Source: an uncultured Acidobacteriota bacterium (lineage in GTDB: Bacteria > Acidobacteriota > Thermoanaerobaculia > UBA5066 > DATFVB01). Taken from it: a stretch of 64,000 nt of DNA. How positions within the stretch are numbered: the stretch's first letter is position 1; each line of letters begins with the position of its first letter. The position numbers were made by a program, and so were the translations under genes. Positions 19,661 through 29,871 of the stretch are shown one piece after another. The stretch spans positions 96,001 through 160,000 of the forward strand of contig CAWEYG010000005.1 in assembly GCA_963813155.1 (NCBI GenBank). The letters run 5' to 3'. The notes beneath the pieces are model-generated. The model worked only from the letters and a program-made list of their open reading frames with translations, ran no database searches and was not told where the DNA came from.

Positions 19661-21798
19661 GCCGTCACTTCCGAAAGCTCCTTGTTCATCTCGGCGATGG
19701 ACTGATATCGCTGATCGGGATCCTTCTCGATCGCTTTCATCACGATCTTTGCGATGCGGGGATCGATTTCGGGATATCTCGTTTCGATCGCCGGGGGTTT
19801 TTCCTGGATGTGTTTGAGAACCACGCCGAGGGCCGAGTCCCCCTCGAATGGCAGCGTTCCGGAGAAGAGCTCGTAGAACACGATCCCGGCCGAATAGATG
19901 TCGGTCCGATGATCGAGAGTGCCCCCTTTCGCCTGCTCCGGCGAGATGTAGTCCGGCGTTCCGACGACCATCCCGGTCGCGGTCATTCCCTTGTCCTGGG
20001 AAAGCCGCGCGATGCCGAAATCCATGATCTTCAACCCGCCGTTGGGTTCGATCAGAATGTTCTGCGGCTTGATGTCTCGGTGAATGACGCCCGCGGCGTG
20101 CGCGGCCCCCAGTCCTCCGCAGATCTGCTTCGCGATCCGGAGCGCGGCCCCGACCGGCAGCCGGCGGTTCTGGTTGAGCAGGTGCTTGAGCGTGATTCCG
20201 CGCACATACTCCATCGACAGGTAGCGAAGGCCGTCCGATTCCCCGAAATCGTGCGTCCGCAGGACGTTTCGGTGGGTGATTTTCCGCGCGAGACGGATCT
20301 CCTGCTTGAAACGGTCGATGAGCGTCGCGTCGTGGGCGAGAGCCTCGTTTCGGAGCACCTTGATCGCGACCGCGTCGTCCAGCGTGCGATCGTGGGCCTT
20401 GTAAACGATTCCCATGCCTCCCGCGCCGAGCTCCGATTCGATGTCGTAGCGGCCCGCGAAGAGAGCACCGACTCGGGGCGCGTGGCCGCCGGCCGCCGAG
20501 GACGCCGGCACGGTGGCCGCCATCGCGACGGTCTTCTGCGGCGCGATTCCCCCCATCGTCAGGGAAGCAAGCTGCTTTTCGAGCTCCGCCTTCTCCTTGA
20601 GCTCCTCGATCATCATTCGGAAGGATCGAGCGAGGATTCCGATCTCGTCTTTCTGCTCGACCGGCAACGGCACGTCGTAGTTCCCGTCGCGGACCGCGTC
20701 CGTCGCGGCCACCATTTCGCCGATCGGTCCCGTCATGCGCCGGGCGAGGATGTAGGAAACGAGAAAGGCCACGAGGAGAGCGCCGAACCCGACGATCAGG
20801 AGGGTCTTTTCGATCTCGCGAAAGGCCGCGAGCTCGCGGGACAGCGGGCGCACCGTGACGACGGATCCGACGACGAGGCCCGAGGCGAGCCGCAACGGCC
20901 AGGCGAGGGCCAGGTAAGTGTCCTCTCCCGTGTCGATCGACAGCGGCCCGGCGACTCTTCCGTGCTGGAGGACCGCGGACACGAGATCTTTTCGGGACTC
21001 GAGCGTTCGAAAAAACGGTTTCGTCGCGATTCCGAGCGTCGAGGCGGCGACCTGGATGCGGGGCTCCTGCGACGGCTGGCTCAGGTTCGCCAGGAAGACC
21101 GCGTCGGTCGACGAAACGTCCCGAAAATTCTCGGCCACCTTGTCATCGATCGCGAAGCAGGCAACCAGGACCCCGAGCGTTTCGGCTTCCCTTCCCTCGC
21201 CCGAGACGACCGGGGCGGCGACGGCATGGTAGAGCTTTCCGTCGGAATACCAGATGCCCTGAGTCTCGGCCCCCTCGAGCGCCTTGCGGACGAGCGCCGA
21301 ATCCGAAATGTCGTGCCGCCACTCCCTCTTGTCGCTCCGGACGATCGAGATTCCGCGGGGATCGGTGACGATCAGGAAATCGGCGCCGGTCGCGGAGGCC
21401 TGGTCTTCCTTCAGGCTGTTGAAGATCGTGGCGGCGTCCCCCTCGTGGACGAGCGCTTTGAACCCGGAGTTGTCCACGACGGGACGCAGGGCCCGGTGGA
21501 GCTTCTCGTAGCGGTCTTCCTGGAAATTGTCGTAGGAATCCTTCGCGCGCGAAAGCGCCTTCCGGCTCGACTGTTCCGCGATCGACCGCACGCGATAGCT
21601 CGAAACCTCGACGGCGGTGCCGAGCGCGAGAAACACGAGCGCCGCGACGGCGAGAAAGATCTTGATCGTCAGCGAGAATTTCGGCTTCTCCGAGCGGACG
21701 GGAGGTTCGGGCACCGGTACGGCGCTGGTCATCGCCGCCGAGGCGGTTCCGGCGCCGATACGGGTCGTTTTCTGCGGATTGACCGTGGGTCCGGCCAT
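19657..21798 (-). CDS. membrane Ser/Thr kinase with periplasmic Cache-like sensor and HAMP domain
   Basis: Two TM helices; HAMP (PI.EM...DEIGILARSF); LGAGGMGIVYKA, VAIK, HRDIKPQN, DFG, GTPDYISPE. Confidence 0.92.
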   Translation of the reverse strand: MAGPTVNPQKTTRIGAGTASAAMTSAVPVPEPPVRSEKPKFSLTIKIFLAVAALVFLALGTAVEVSSYRVRSIAEQSSRKALSRAKDSYDNFQEDRYEKLHRALRPVVDNSGFKALVHEGDAATIFNSLKEDQASATGADFLIVTDPRGISIVRSDKREWRHDISDSALVRKALEGAETQGIWYSDGKLYHAVAAPVVSGEGREAETLGVLVACFAIDDKVAENFRDVSSTDAVFLANLSQPSQEPRIQVAASTLGIATKPFFRTLESRKDLVSAVLQHGRVAGPLSIDTGEDTYLALAWPLRLASGLVVGSVVTVRPLSRELAAFREIEKTLLIVGFGALLVAFLVSYILARRMTGPIGEMVAATDAVRDGNYDVPLPVEQKDEIGILARSFRMMIEELKEKAELEKQLASLTMGGIAPQKTVAMAATVPASSAAGGHAPRVGALFAGRYDIESELGAGGMGIVYKAHDRTLDDAVAIKVLRNEALAHDATLIDRFKQEIRLARKITHRNVLRTHDFGESDGLRYLSMEYVRGITLKHLLNQNRRLPVGAALRIAKQICGGLGAAHAAGVIHRDIKPQNILIEPNGGLKIMDFGIARLSQDKGMTATGMVVGTPDYISPEQAKGGTLDHRTDIYSAGIVFYELFSGTLPFEGDSALGVVLKHIQEKPPAIETRYPEIDPRIAKIVMKAIEKDPDQRYQSIAEMNKELSEVTA

Positions 21799-21800
21799 CG

Positions 21801-22508
21801 TCAGTAACGATCCTCGTCCTGTGGCGGAGGCGGGTATTCCTGCCCGTACTTGTTCTTGTGGGCCTGCGGCTTGAACCCCGAAACGTCGAGCGAGAGAGAA
21901 GCGATGGCAGTCTTCCGCGGGGAAACCTGGACCCGGGCGCTCGTCTCGCCGCCCTCGTCGCACCACGCCTTGATCGTCTTCTCGCCGTCGGGCACGTTCT
22001 CGAAAGTGAACTCCCCGTCGGCGTCCGTCACGGCGAAAAACGACGAATCGACGACTCGGATGAAGCCGATCATCTGCGGGTGAATGTTGCAGTAGACGCG
22101 CACGAGGCCCGGCGTTTCGAACTTCTTGTCCTTCGAGCGTCCCCGGCGGTAGAGCCCGAGGTCGAAGTGGTTCTCCGCGGAAACCGAGAAAACGTTGTGG
22201 AAGAGGGGGTCCTCGTTCGGAAAGGCGACGCTGTGGCCGACCTCGACGGCGATCACCTTCGGCGTGAATTTCTTGTGCAGCGATTTCATCGCCGGCCCGG
22301 GTTCGGCCGCCGGCGAGGGCGCGATTCCGGGAGCCGCGCCGGGCCGCCGCGCGCCTTCGATCCAGATCACGACGTTGGCCGCTTCCGCGCGAGCCTGCCC
22401 GTTTTCGACGAGCGAAACTCTGCCGCTGACCGTTCCGGCGGAAAGCGCACCCGCCGACGCCACGAGCACCGGGAGGAGCCGTAGGGTCCGCGCAGCCGGG
22501 GACTTCAT
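21801..22508 (-). CDS. periplasmic cupredoxin-like protein with carboxypeptidase-regulatory-like beta domain
   Basis: Signal peptide; FPNEDPLFHNVFS and VYCNIHPQM give a His/Cys/His/Met type-1 copper-like set. Confidence 0.8.
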   Translation of the reverse strand: MKSPAARTLRLLPVLVASAGALSAGTVSGRVSLVENGQARAEAANVVIWIEGARRPGAAPGIAPSPAAEPGPAMKSLHKKFTPKVIAVEVGHSVAFPNEDPLFHNVFSVSAENHFDLGLYRRGRSKDKKFETPGLVRVYCNIHPQMIGFIRVVDSSFFAVTDADGEFTFENVPDGEKTIKAWCDEGGETSARVQVSPRKTAIASLSLDVSGFKPQAHKNKYGQEYPPPPQDEDRY

Positions 22509-22564
22509 TGTCGCGGATCATAACAGTCCTTGACGCTTTCTTTCCACGCGATTACGCTGCTCCA

Positions 22565-22792
22565 ATGGCTTCGGAACCCGTTCTCATCTTCGGCAAGGAC
22601 ACGTGACCGTACACTTCGGCGGCCCGTGCGGACTACGCCCGACGAAAGGTTCCCTTCGAATACGTCAACGTGAAGGCTTCCCGGGAAAACATGGACAAAA
22701 TGCTCGCCTACAGCGAAGGTAGCCGTGAGGTTCCCGTGATCGTCGAGGACGGACGGGTCACGACCGGATTCGGCGGAACCTGAGGCGTCTGA
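22565..22792 (+). CDS. glutaredoxin-like selenoprotein (UXX-star type) with two in-frame UGA codons read as Sec
   Basis: MASEPVLIFGKDT(U)PYTSAARA...REVPVIVEDGRVTTGFGGT(U)GV-stop; TGA at 22604 and 22781; hairpin downstream of each. Confidence 0.85.
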
Positions 22793-22891
22793 CACCGTCC
22801 GCGGTTCGCGGATTTCCTAGACTCGAACAGCCTCCCATGTTAAAACGCTCGGAGTCTCAGTACGGGGTACTAGCCGAGGAGGGAAGCTCGT

Positions 22892-24910
22892 ATGGCCAAG
22901 ACCGAAGCCCCGGCCGCGGAGTTCCAGCCCTACGTTCCGTCGAATCAGTCTCCGCCGGAGTTCACGGCGAAGGCCATCATCCTCGGCTCTTTCTTCGGCC
23001 TTCTGTTCGGCGCGGCGACCGTGTATCTCGCGCTGCGGGCGGGGCTCACCGTGTCCGCGTCCGTCCCGATCGCGGTGCTGTCGATCGCGGTCTTCAAGAA
23101 GCTCGGAAAATCGACGATTCTCGAGAACAACATCGTCCAGACGATCGGCTCCGCCGGCGAATCCGTCGCGGCGGGAGTCGTGTTCACGGTCCCGGCGCTG
23201 CTTTTTCTCTCCAACGGCGCCGACTATTTCCGGTACGGAACGATTTTCGTGCTTTCCGCGATCGGCGGAGTTCTCGGCGTGCTGTTCATGATCCCGCTGC
23301 GCCGGGCGCTGATCGTCAAGGAGCACGGGAACCTGATCTATCCGGAGGGGACCGCCTGCGCCGACGTCCTGATCGCGGGCGAGCGGGGTGGCGACCTCGC
23401 GAAGATGGTCTTCAAGGGCGTCGGCGCGGCCCTGCTGTACAAGTTCCTGTACGGCATCATCGGCCTCTGGAACGAGACCGCGCTCTGGTTCAAAACGGAC
23501 AAGAACGGCAAGATCCCCGACGCGACGTTGAATTGCGACGTGACGCCGGAATACCTGGGCCTCGGCTACATCATCGGTCCGAAAATCGCCGGCGAGCTGG
23601 TCTCGGGCGGCATCCTTTCCTGGCTCGCGCTGATTCCGCTGATCTCGATCTTCGTGCCGGAGCCCCGGCTCGTGCAGGATCTGACGAACCTCGGTTTCTC
23701 AGAAGGATGGCGCGCGTCCCACTCGCACGCGGAGTGGATCTACCGCGCCTATGTTCGTTACATCGGCGCGGGAGCCGTCGCCTGTGCAGGCGTGATGACG
23801 CTGATCAAGACCTTGCCGACGATCGTCTCGGCATTCCGAGAGTCGGTCAAATCGATGCGCGGTGGCACCGGAGAGGCGAAGAAGATCCGAACCGAAGACG
23901 ATCTCGGGATGGGATGGGTGATCGGTGGATCGGTCGTCCTCGCGCTCCTGATCACGGTCCTTCCCCATTTTCCGCACGGCCCGTTCCCGGGCTCTCTCGT
24001 CACGGGACTTCTCGTCGTGGTCTTCGGCTTCTTCTTCGTGACGGTCTCGTCCCGCATCGTCGGCATCATCGGGACTTCGTCCAATCCGATCTCGGGAATG
24101 ACGATCGCGACGCTGATGGCGACGTGCGTCGTTTTCGTCCTGCTCGGACGCACGGGAGACATCTTTCAGCCGGTCGCGCTCTGCGTCGGCGCGCTCGTCT
24201 GCATCGCGGCCGCGAACGCGGGCGCCACGTCGCAGGACCTGAAGACGGGATATCTCGTCGGCGCGACGCCGCGCAGCCAGCAGATCGGCTTCATCATCGG
24301 CGTGCTCGTTTCGACCGTGGCGATCGGCGGAACGCTCTTCCTTCTCGACCACACCTACCGCGGCGTGGGTGAGCTCCACGGGATCGGCGGGGCGAAGATG
24401 CCCGCGCCGCAGGCGACGCTCATGGCGACGATCATCAAGGGGCTGCTCGCGAAGAACCTGCCCTGGGCGCCCGTGCTCGTCGGCGCGTTCCTCGCGTTCA
24501 TGGCGCAGCTCGCCGGCGCCCACGCGCTCTCCTGGGCAGTCGGGGCGTATCTTCCGGTCTCGACGACGTTCCCGATCTGGATCGGCGGCCTGATGAAAGC
24601 TCTCGCCGACAAGATGAGCCGCCGGAAGGAAGAGTCGGAGCTCTCCTCCGGAATGCTCTACGCGACCGGCCTCGTCGCCGGCGGATCGCTCGGAGGCGTG
24701 GCGATCGCTCTCGTGACGGCATCCGGGGACCTCCCGTTCCTCAAGAGGCCACTGGAGTCCCGCGGAGGGCTCATGAACGTGCTGAACCTCGGGGATCGAT
24801 GGTACGCGGCGTTGAAAAATGGCGTCGGGGGCCAGATCCTCTGCGCCGCCGTGTTCGCGGTGCTCTGCGTGTTGCTCGTCCGCAACGCGCGAAAGGACCT
24901 GGAAGCATGA
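22892..24910 (+). CDS. OPT family oligopeptide transporter
   Basis: [47 protein letters not shown]. Confidence 0.93.
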   Translation: MAKTEAPAAEFQPYVPSNQSPPEFTAKAIILGSFFGLLFGAATVYLALRAGLTVSASVPIAVLSIAVFKKLGKSTILENNIVQTIGSAGESVAAGVVFTVPALLFLSNGADYFRYGTIFVLSAIGGVLGVLFMIPLRRALIVKEHGNLIYPEGTACADVLIAGERGGDLAKMVFKGVGAALLYKFLYGIIGLWNETALWFKTDKNGKIPDATLNCDVTPEYLGLGYIIGPKIAGELVSGGILSWLALIPLISIFVPEPRLVQDLTNLGFSEGWRASHSHAEWIYRAYVRYIGAGAVACAGVMTLIKTLPTIVSAFRESVKSMRGGTGEAKKIRTEDDLGMGWVIGGSVVLALLITVLPHFPHGPFPGSLVTGLLVVVFGFFFVTVSSRIVGIIGTSSNPISGMTIATLMATCVVFVLLGRTGDIFQPVALCVGALVCIAAANAGATSQDLKTGYLVGATPRSQQIGFIIGVLVSTVAIGGTLFLLDHTYRGVGELHGIGGAKMPAPQATLMATIIKGLLAKNLPWAPVLVGAFLAFMAQLAGAHALSWAVGAYLPVSTTFPIWIGGLMKALADKMSRRKEESELSSGMLYATGLVAGGSLGGVAIALVTASGDLPFLKRPLESRGGLMNVLNLGDRWYAALKNGVGGQILCAAVFAVLCVLLVRNARKDLEA

Positions 24911-26236
24911 TCTTCCGTGGAAAGATGATCCAGCGGGCCTGGCTTTCGCTCGCCGCGGCCTGGATTTTCGCCGCCGCGGTGCCGGCGACGGCGCAAACGC
25001 CGTCCGCGCCGAAACCCGGTCGTCCTGAAGGCTTCGCGGATCTTCGACTCCCGCACCGGGCGGATCTCCTCGCCGGGTCTCGTCGTCGTCGAGGGCGGGA
25101 AGATCGCCTCGGTCGGCGGCTCGGCGCCCGCCGGAGCGGAGGTCATCGACCTCGGGGACGCGACGCTCCTGCCCGGTTTCATCGACGCGCACGTTCATCT
25201 CACGGGCGAGTCGTCCGAAAACTGGTTTCGCGATTTTTACCAGCGGGTCATGCGGTTTCCGGCCGAGCAGGCGCACTACGCCGCGATGTACGCGAAGCGC
25301 ACCCTCGAGGCGGGGTTCACGACCGTCCGGGACGTCGGATCCGGCGACTACCTCGCGATGGGACTCCGCAACGCGATCGAAGCCGGCGTCGCGGAAGGGC
25401 CCCGGATGCTCGTCTCGAACTACGCGATCGGTGCGACGGGCGGCCACGGCGACGGAGCGCCCTTTCCGCCCGACCGCGTGAAGCCCTCCGGCCCGATCGA
25501 GGGAGTCTGCAACGGACCGGCGGAGTGCCGCGAGGCCGTTCGATATCAGATCAAGTACGGCGCCGACGTCATCAAGTGCATGCCTTCGGGGGGCGTGCTC
25601 TCGATCTCGGACCCGGTCGACGCGCCCGAGCTCACGCAGGAGGAAATGAACGCGATCGTCTCCGAATCGCACGCCTGGGGGCGAAAGGTCGCCGCGCACT
25701 GCCACGGCGACGCCGCCGCGAAGATCGCGATCGCGGCCGGCGTGGATTCGATCGAGCACGGCTCCTTCCTGAAACCGGACACGCTCGCCCTCATGAAGCA
25801 GAAAGGGACCTACCTGGTGCCGACGCTCTACGCCGGCGAATGGGTCGGATCCCATGCGGAGAAGTTTCCCCCCGCGATCGCGGTCAAGGCGCGCGCGGCG
25901 TCGGCCGCGATGATGGCGATGTTTCGCGAGGCGGTGCGCCAGGGCGTGAAGATCGCGCTCGGCACGGACGCGGCCGTCGAGCCGCACGGCGGGAACGCCC
26001 GGGAGTTCGTCTTGATGGTCGAGGGAGGGCTTTCGCCGGCGGCGGCTCTGCAGGCGGGAACGGTCGGAGGCGCGGACCTCCTGGGGATCACGGCGATCGC
26101 GGGGTCGCTCGAGGCGGGGAAATCCGCCGACGTCGTGGCCGTCCCGGGAAACCCCGTGGCCGACATCCGCGCGACCGGAAAAGTCTTTTTCGTGATGAAA
26201 GAGGGAAAGGTCGTCAAGAGCTCGCGGCCTTCCTGA
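24907..26236 (+). CDS. secreted metal-dependent amidohydrolase (prolidase-like), frameshifted at ~25015
   Basis: Signal peptide in one frame, then VVLKASRIFD..., LLPGFIDAHVH, AGFTTVRD, AAHCHG, SIEHG, GTDA. Confidence 0.88.
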
Positions 26237-26241
26237 TTCCC

Positions 26242-26661
26242 ATGGACGAAGAGATCTCCCGCGTCCTCGATGCCAACCGGAATTTCTACGCGGCCCTCGA
26301 ACGCCGCAACCTCGGCGAGATGGAGGAATGCTGGTCGCACGCGGACGACATCGCGTGCACGCATCCCGGCTGGCATCGCCTGGACGGTTGGGACGAGGTC
26401 TCCCGGTCGTGGAGGGCGATTTTCGCGAACTCCCGCGCGTGGCGCGTGCGATGCGAGTCGGAGAGGGCACTCGTGAGCGGAGATCTCGCGGTGGTTTTCT
26501 GCCTCGAGAACCTCGAGGCGGTCGGCGCCCAGGGCGAACCGGCGCGGATGCAGGCGACCAACGTCTTTCGAAAAGAAGACGATATCTGGAAGATCGTGCA
26601 CCACCACGCGTCGCCGATGCCCGACGTCGAGGCGAGCGAGGAAGAGGACACCGTCAACTGA
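26242..26661 (+). CDS. NTF2/SnoaL-like protein
   Basis: ANRNFYAAL, CTHPGW..L.GW..V..SW, ATNVF...WKIVHHHAS. Confidence 0.85.
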   Translation: MDEEISRVLDANRNFYAALERRNLGEMEECWSHADDIACTHPGWHRLDGWDEVSRSWRAIFANSRAWRVRCESERALVSGDLAVVFCLENLEAVGAQGEPARMQATNVFRKEDDIWKIVHHHASPMPDVEASEEEDTVN

Positions 26662-27284
26662 CGCGCCCTTCCCGCTCGGAATCGGTTCGCGAACATTACG
26701 CGCGCCACGCGGCGGACTACGACCGCCGCTGGCTCTCGTACGTCGAAGCGACGACGCGCGGGACGATCGCCCGAATGCCGGCTCGCCCGGGCGGCCGGAT
26801 TCTCGACGTCGGTTGCGGAACGGGCGTGTTGCTCGGCCGGCTCTCGGCTTCCGGAGACGGAAAGCGGCTCTTCGGGATCGATCCCGTGCCGGAAATGCTC
26901 GACGTCGCGCGCCGGCGCCTGCCGTCCGGCGTCGAGTTGCGCGAGGCCTCCGTCGAACGAATTCCGTATCCCGACGAAATCTTCGACATCGTGGTCTCGT
27001 GCAGCGTGTTTCACTATCTCGGAAATCCTCTCGGGGCCCTCGAGGAAATGAAGCGAGTCCTCGCGCCGGGCGGAACCGTCGTCGTCACCGACTGGTGCGC
27101 CGATTACCTCGTCTGCCGGATCTGCGAAGCGTACCTGTCCGCCTTCCGGCACGTGCGCTACTCGGTCTATCGGGCGAAAGAGTGGGCCTCGCTCCTGGCG
27201 CGCGCCGGATTCGCCGATGTCGTCGTGCACCCGTACAAGATCAGTTGGCTCTGGGGCGTGATGACGGCGACGGCGAGGAAGTAA
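26658..27284 (+). CDS. class I SAM-dependent methyltransferase; start uncertain (CTG overlapping the upstream TGA)
   Basis: ILDVGCGTG; IPYPDEIFDIV; EMKRVLAPGG. Confidence 0.85.
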   Translation: MTRPSRSESVREHYARHAADYDRRWLSYVEATTRGTIARMPARPGGRILDVGCGTGVLLGRLSASGDGKRLFGIDPVPEMLDVARRRLPSGVELREASVERIPYPDEIFDIVVSCSVFHYLGNPLGALEEMKRVLAPGGTVVVTDWCADYLVCRICEAYLSAFRHVRYSVYRAKEWASLLARAGFADVVVHPYKISWLWGVMTATARK

Positions 27285-27306
27285 ATCTCCCGGTCGATCA
27301 CGTCCC

Positions 27307-28485
27307 TCACACCACCCCGAACTTCTTGCCCACCTTCCGAAAGGCTTCGACGGCGAACGCGAGGTCTTTCTCCGAGTGCGCGGCCGAGACCTGGCAGCGC
27401 AGTCTTGCGTGGCCCTGCGGGACGACGGGGAAGCCGAAGCCGGCGACGTAGACGCCTTCGTCGAAGAGCGCGGCCGACATCGCGAGCGCCTTCGCCGTGT
27501 CGCCGACGATCACCGGCACGATCGGATGGATCCCTTCGGGAATCGTGAACCCGGCGTTTTTGATCTCCTTGCGGAAATACATCGAATTCGAGCGCAGTTT
27601 CGCGACGGGCGAGGGGTCTTCCATCAGCATGCGGAACGCCTCGAGCGATCCGCCCGCGACGGCCGGCGGAAGCGAGTTGGAAAAGAGCGACGTCCGCGAC
27701 CGCTGGCGCAGCATTTCGACGAGCGGGGCCGGTCCCGTGACGAATCCCCCGGCCGCCGAGCCCATCGCCTTCCCGAGCGTGCCGGTCGTCACGGGGATCT
27801 TTCCGTGGATGCCTTCCTCTTCGGCGGTCCCGCGCCCGGTCTTCCCGAGAACGCCCGTCGCGTGGGAGTCGTCGACGACAAAGAGAGCGCCGTACTTTTC
27901 GGAGATCGAAAGCAGCTTCGGAAGGTCGGCGAGCTCGCCTTCCATCGAGAACACGCCGTCGGTCACCATCATCTTGAATCGGGACGTCGAGTCTTCCGAG
28001 ATCATTTTTTCGTACGCGGCGGCATCGGAGTGCGGCACCTTGAAGCGCTTGGCCTTGCAGAGACGGATGCCGTCGATGATCGACGCGTGGTTGAGCTCGT
28101 CGGAATAGAGGCCGTCGGCTTCTTCGAGAACGGCGGGGAAGAGCCCTTCGTTCGCGTTCCAGCACGACATGTACAGGATCGTGTCCTGCGTCTGGAAGAA
28201 CGACGAGATCGCCTCTTCGAGGTCCTTGTGGAGCTGTTCGGTCCCGCAGATGAAGCGCACGGAGCCGAGCCCCGCGCCCCACCGGTCGATCGCCTTTTTC
28301 TGGGCCTCGCGGATCCGGGGATGGTTCGCGAAACCGAGGTAATTGTTGGAGGTCAGCATGAGGACGTCGCGTCCCTCGACCTTCACGTGTGCGTCCTGCG
28401 CCGATTCGAGCACGCGCTCGACCTTCAGGGTCTTGTTCGCCGCCAGTTTCGCGAGCTCTCCCGCGAGGTGTTCGATCAATTGCAT
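27307..28485 (-). CDS. kbl: glycine C-acetyltransferase (2-amino-3-ketobutyrate CoA ligase)
   Basis: SNNYLG, SVRFICGT, LNHASIIDGIRLCKA, DGVFSM, DDSHATG, GTLGKA, RQRSR; near tdh. Confidence 0.93.
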   Translation of the reverse strand: MQLIEHLAGELAKLAANKTLKVERVLESAQDAHVKVEGRDVLMLTSNNYLGFANHPRIREAQKKAIDRWGAGLGSVRFICGTEQLHKDLEEAISSFFQTQDTILYMSCWNANEGLFPAVLEEADGLYSDELNHASIIDGIRLCKAKRFKVPHSDAAAYEKMISEDSTSRFKMMVTDGVFSMEGELADLPKLLSISEKYGALFVVDDSHATGVLGKTGRGTAEEEGIHGKIPVTTGTLGKAMGSAAGGFVTGPAPLVEMLRQRSRTSLFSNSLPPAVAGGSLEAFRMLMEDPSPVAKLRSNSMYFRKEIKNAGFTIPEGIHPIVPVIVGDTAKALAMSAALFDEGVYVAGFGFPVVPQGHARLRCQVSAAHSEKDLAFAVEAFRKVGKKFGVV

Positions 28486-28519
28486 TCGCGAAGAATATCG
28501 CGGTCGGCCTCCGTTTCAG

Positions 28520-29287
28520 CTAGCCCCAGAATCCGACGATCCGCCGGATCTTTCCATTCGGAGCGAAATCGTAGGCGTTGGTGCCCCGCGCCTTGACGGA
28601 ACCCTCCGGGCCGGCGACGCTCCAATCGCCGAGCGCGCTCGCCTGGCACTGCCGAAGAGCGCCCGCGCTCCGGAGCGTCATGCCCGGCATGAAACGCTGG
28701 ACCGCGGCGAGATTCGCGTTCAGGTCGTCGATTCCCCGGAGGCATGCGTAGGCGTCGTGGAAGGAGACGTCGTCCGTGACGGACGAGGCGAGGATCGCCC
28801 GGCGGGACGAAGCGTCCGGCTCGCTCCAGGCGGAGAGGTAGGCGTCCACCGTCTTGCCCGCGTCCGCAAAAAGCTCCCGGCTGACGACGTTCGCAAAAAG
28901 CGAGAGCTGGTAGCGCCAACCCTGCGTGTGCTCCTCGAGAATCTCCGCGGTGGGAACGTCGTGGCGGAGATGAAGTGTCGTGCCGTCGGGAACCCGGGTG
29001 AGGTCGACGGTTACGCGCGATGCCCCCGGCGCGATCGGTTTGCCCTCGCCTTCGTAGCCGTACGTGAAGACGAGGTGGCTCGGAGCATCGGCCTCGACGA
29101 CCTTGCCGCTTGCGACGGTGCCGTCCGGGTAGCGGATGTGAACGCGCCCGCCGGGACGGCAATCGATGTCCGAACCGACGCCCCACCATGCGGCGAAGCG
29201 GACCGGGTCCGTGAAGTAGCGGAAGACGACCTCGGGCGGCGCGCCGATCAGAATCGTTCTCTCCAGAAAAAAGGGAAGCTCGTTCAT
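28520..29287 (-). CDS. SRPBCC (AHSA1-like) domain fused to a SnoaL-like domain
   Basis: IGAPPEVVFRYFTDP...WW; H..GW; C-terminal VDAYLSAW.E.D...R. Confidence 0.8.
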   Translation of the reverse strand: MNELPFFLERTILIGAPPEVVFRYFTDPVRFAAWWGVGSDIDCRPGGRVHIRYPDGTVASGKVVEADAPSHLVFTYGYEGEGKPIAPGASRVTVDLTRVPDGTTLHLRHDVPTAEILEEHTQGWRYQLSLFANVVSRELFADAGKTVDAYLSAWSEPDASSRRAILASSVTDDVSFHDAYACLRGIDDLNANLAAVQRFMPGMTLRSAGALRQCQASALGDWSVAGPEGSVKARGTNAYDFAPNGKIRRIVGFWG

Positions 29288-29679
29288 GGCATCTCTCCTG
29301 GGCGCGGCTTGGCGCCGCGACCTCCTTGCGCGCCCCGCCGGCGCGAGCTTCGTTCCGGCGCCGGCCTCGGGCCCCTTCGAGAGGCCTCGAGCTCGGCGCG
29401 CGTCTTCAAGCGTTCCAGGGCGTCGTCCCACATCTTCTCGAGAACCACCCGCAGGTCTCCGAGCGCTCTCTTTTCCGCCGCGTAGTACCGCCGCCGCCCG
29501 TCCGGACGCACGGCGACGAGGCCGGCGGTCTCGAGAACGCGCAGGTGCTGCGACACCGCGCCGAACGTGACCTCCGGCATTTCGCGGGCGATCTCCCCGG
29601 CCGAGCGCTCGCTGCTCCAGACCAGGCGCAGGATTTCCCGCCGGCGGGGCGCGGCGACGACTTCGAGGGCGTCCATCAC
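29284..29679 (-). CDS. ArsR/SmtB family transcriptional regulator
   Basis: PRRREILRLV...SAGEIA...AVSQHLRVL...G.RRYY. Confidence 0.9.
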   Translation of the reverse strand: MMDALEVVAAPRRREILRLVWSSERSAGEIAREMPEVTFGAVSQHLRVLETAGLVAVRPDGRRRYYAAEKRALGDLRVVLEKMWDDALERLKTRAELEASRRGPRPAPERSSRRRGAQGGRGAKPRPGEMP

Positions 29680-29685
29680 GATAAT

Positions 29686-29714
29686 AATTTAGTGTAAACT
29701 AAACCAACGGTCAA
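29686..29714 (-). promoter_or_regulatory. sigma70-type promoter with overlapping palindromic operator, likely giving a near-leaderless arsR mRNA
   Basis: Minus strand TTGACC-17 nt-TAAATT, 6 nt before the GTG start; palindrome TTTAGT-GTAA-ACTAAA at 29688-29703. Confidence 0.6.
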
Positions 29715-29748
29715 TAGAAATGTAAATGACTGAAATATAGCTGTTTAT

Positions 29749-29870
29749 GGTTGGGCGGGTGGTGTGGGGCGAGACTCCCTTTTGCCGCTCGCGACGCGGG
29801 CATAGCAAAGTCATCAGGCTCGCGGCGAGCGGAAAAGAGGAGCGAGTTCCGCGACAGGACCCGCCCAGCC
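29749..29870 (+). repeat. ~120-nt structured hairpin element, copy 1
   Basis: Long imperfect stem-loop, homologous to the reverse complement of 39467-39591. Confidence 0.8.
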
Positions 29871-29871
29871 G

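Noticed and set aside
22505-22795. 96-aa minus-strand ORF from the track
   Set aside because: It is the antisense shadow of the plus-strand selenoprotein gene, which carries the recognisable glutaredoxin motifs.
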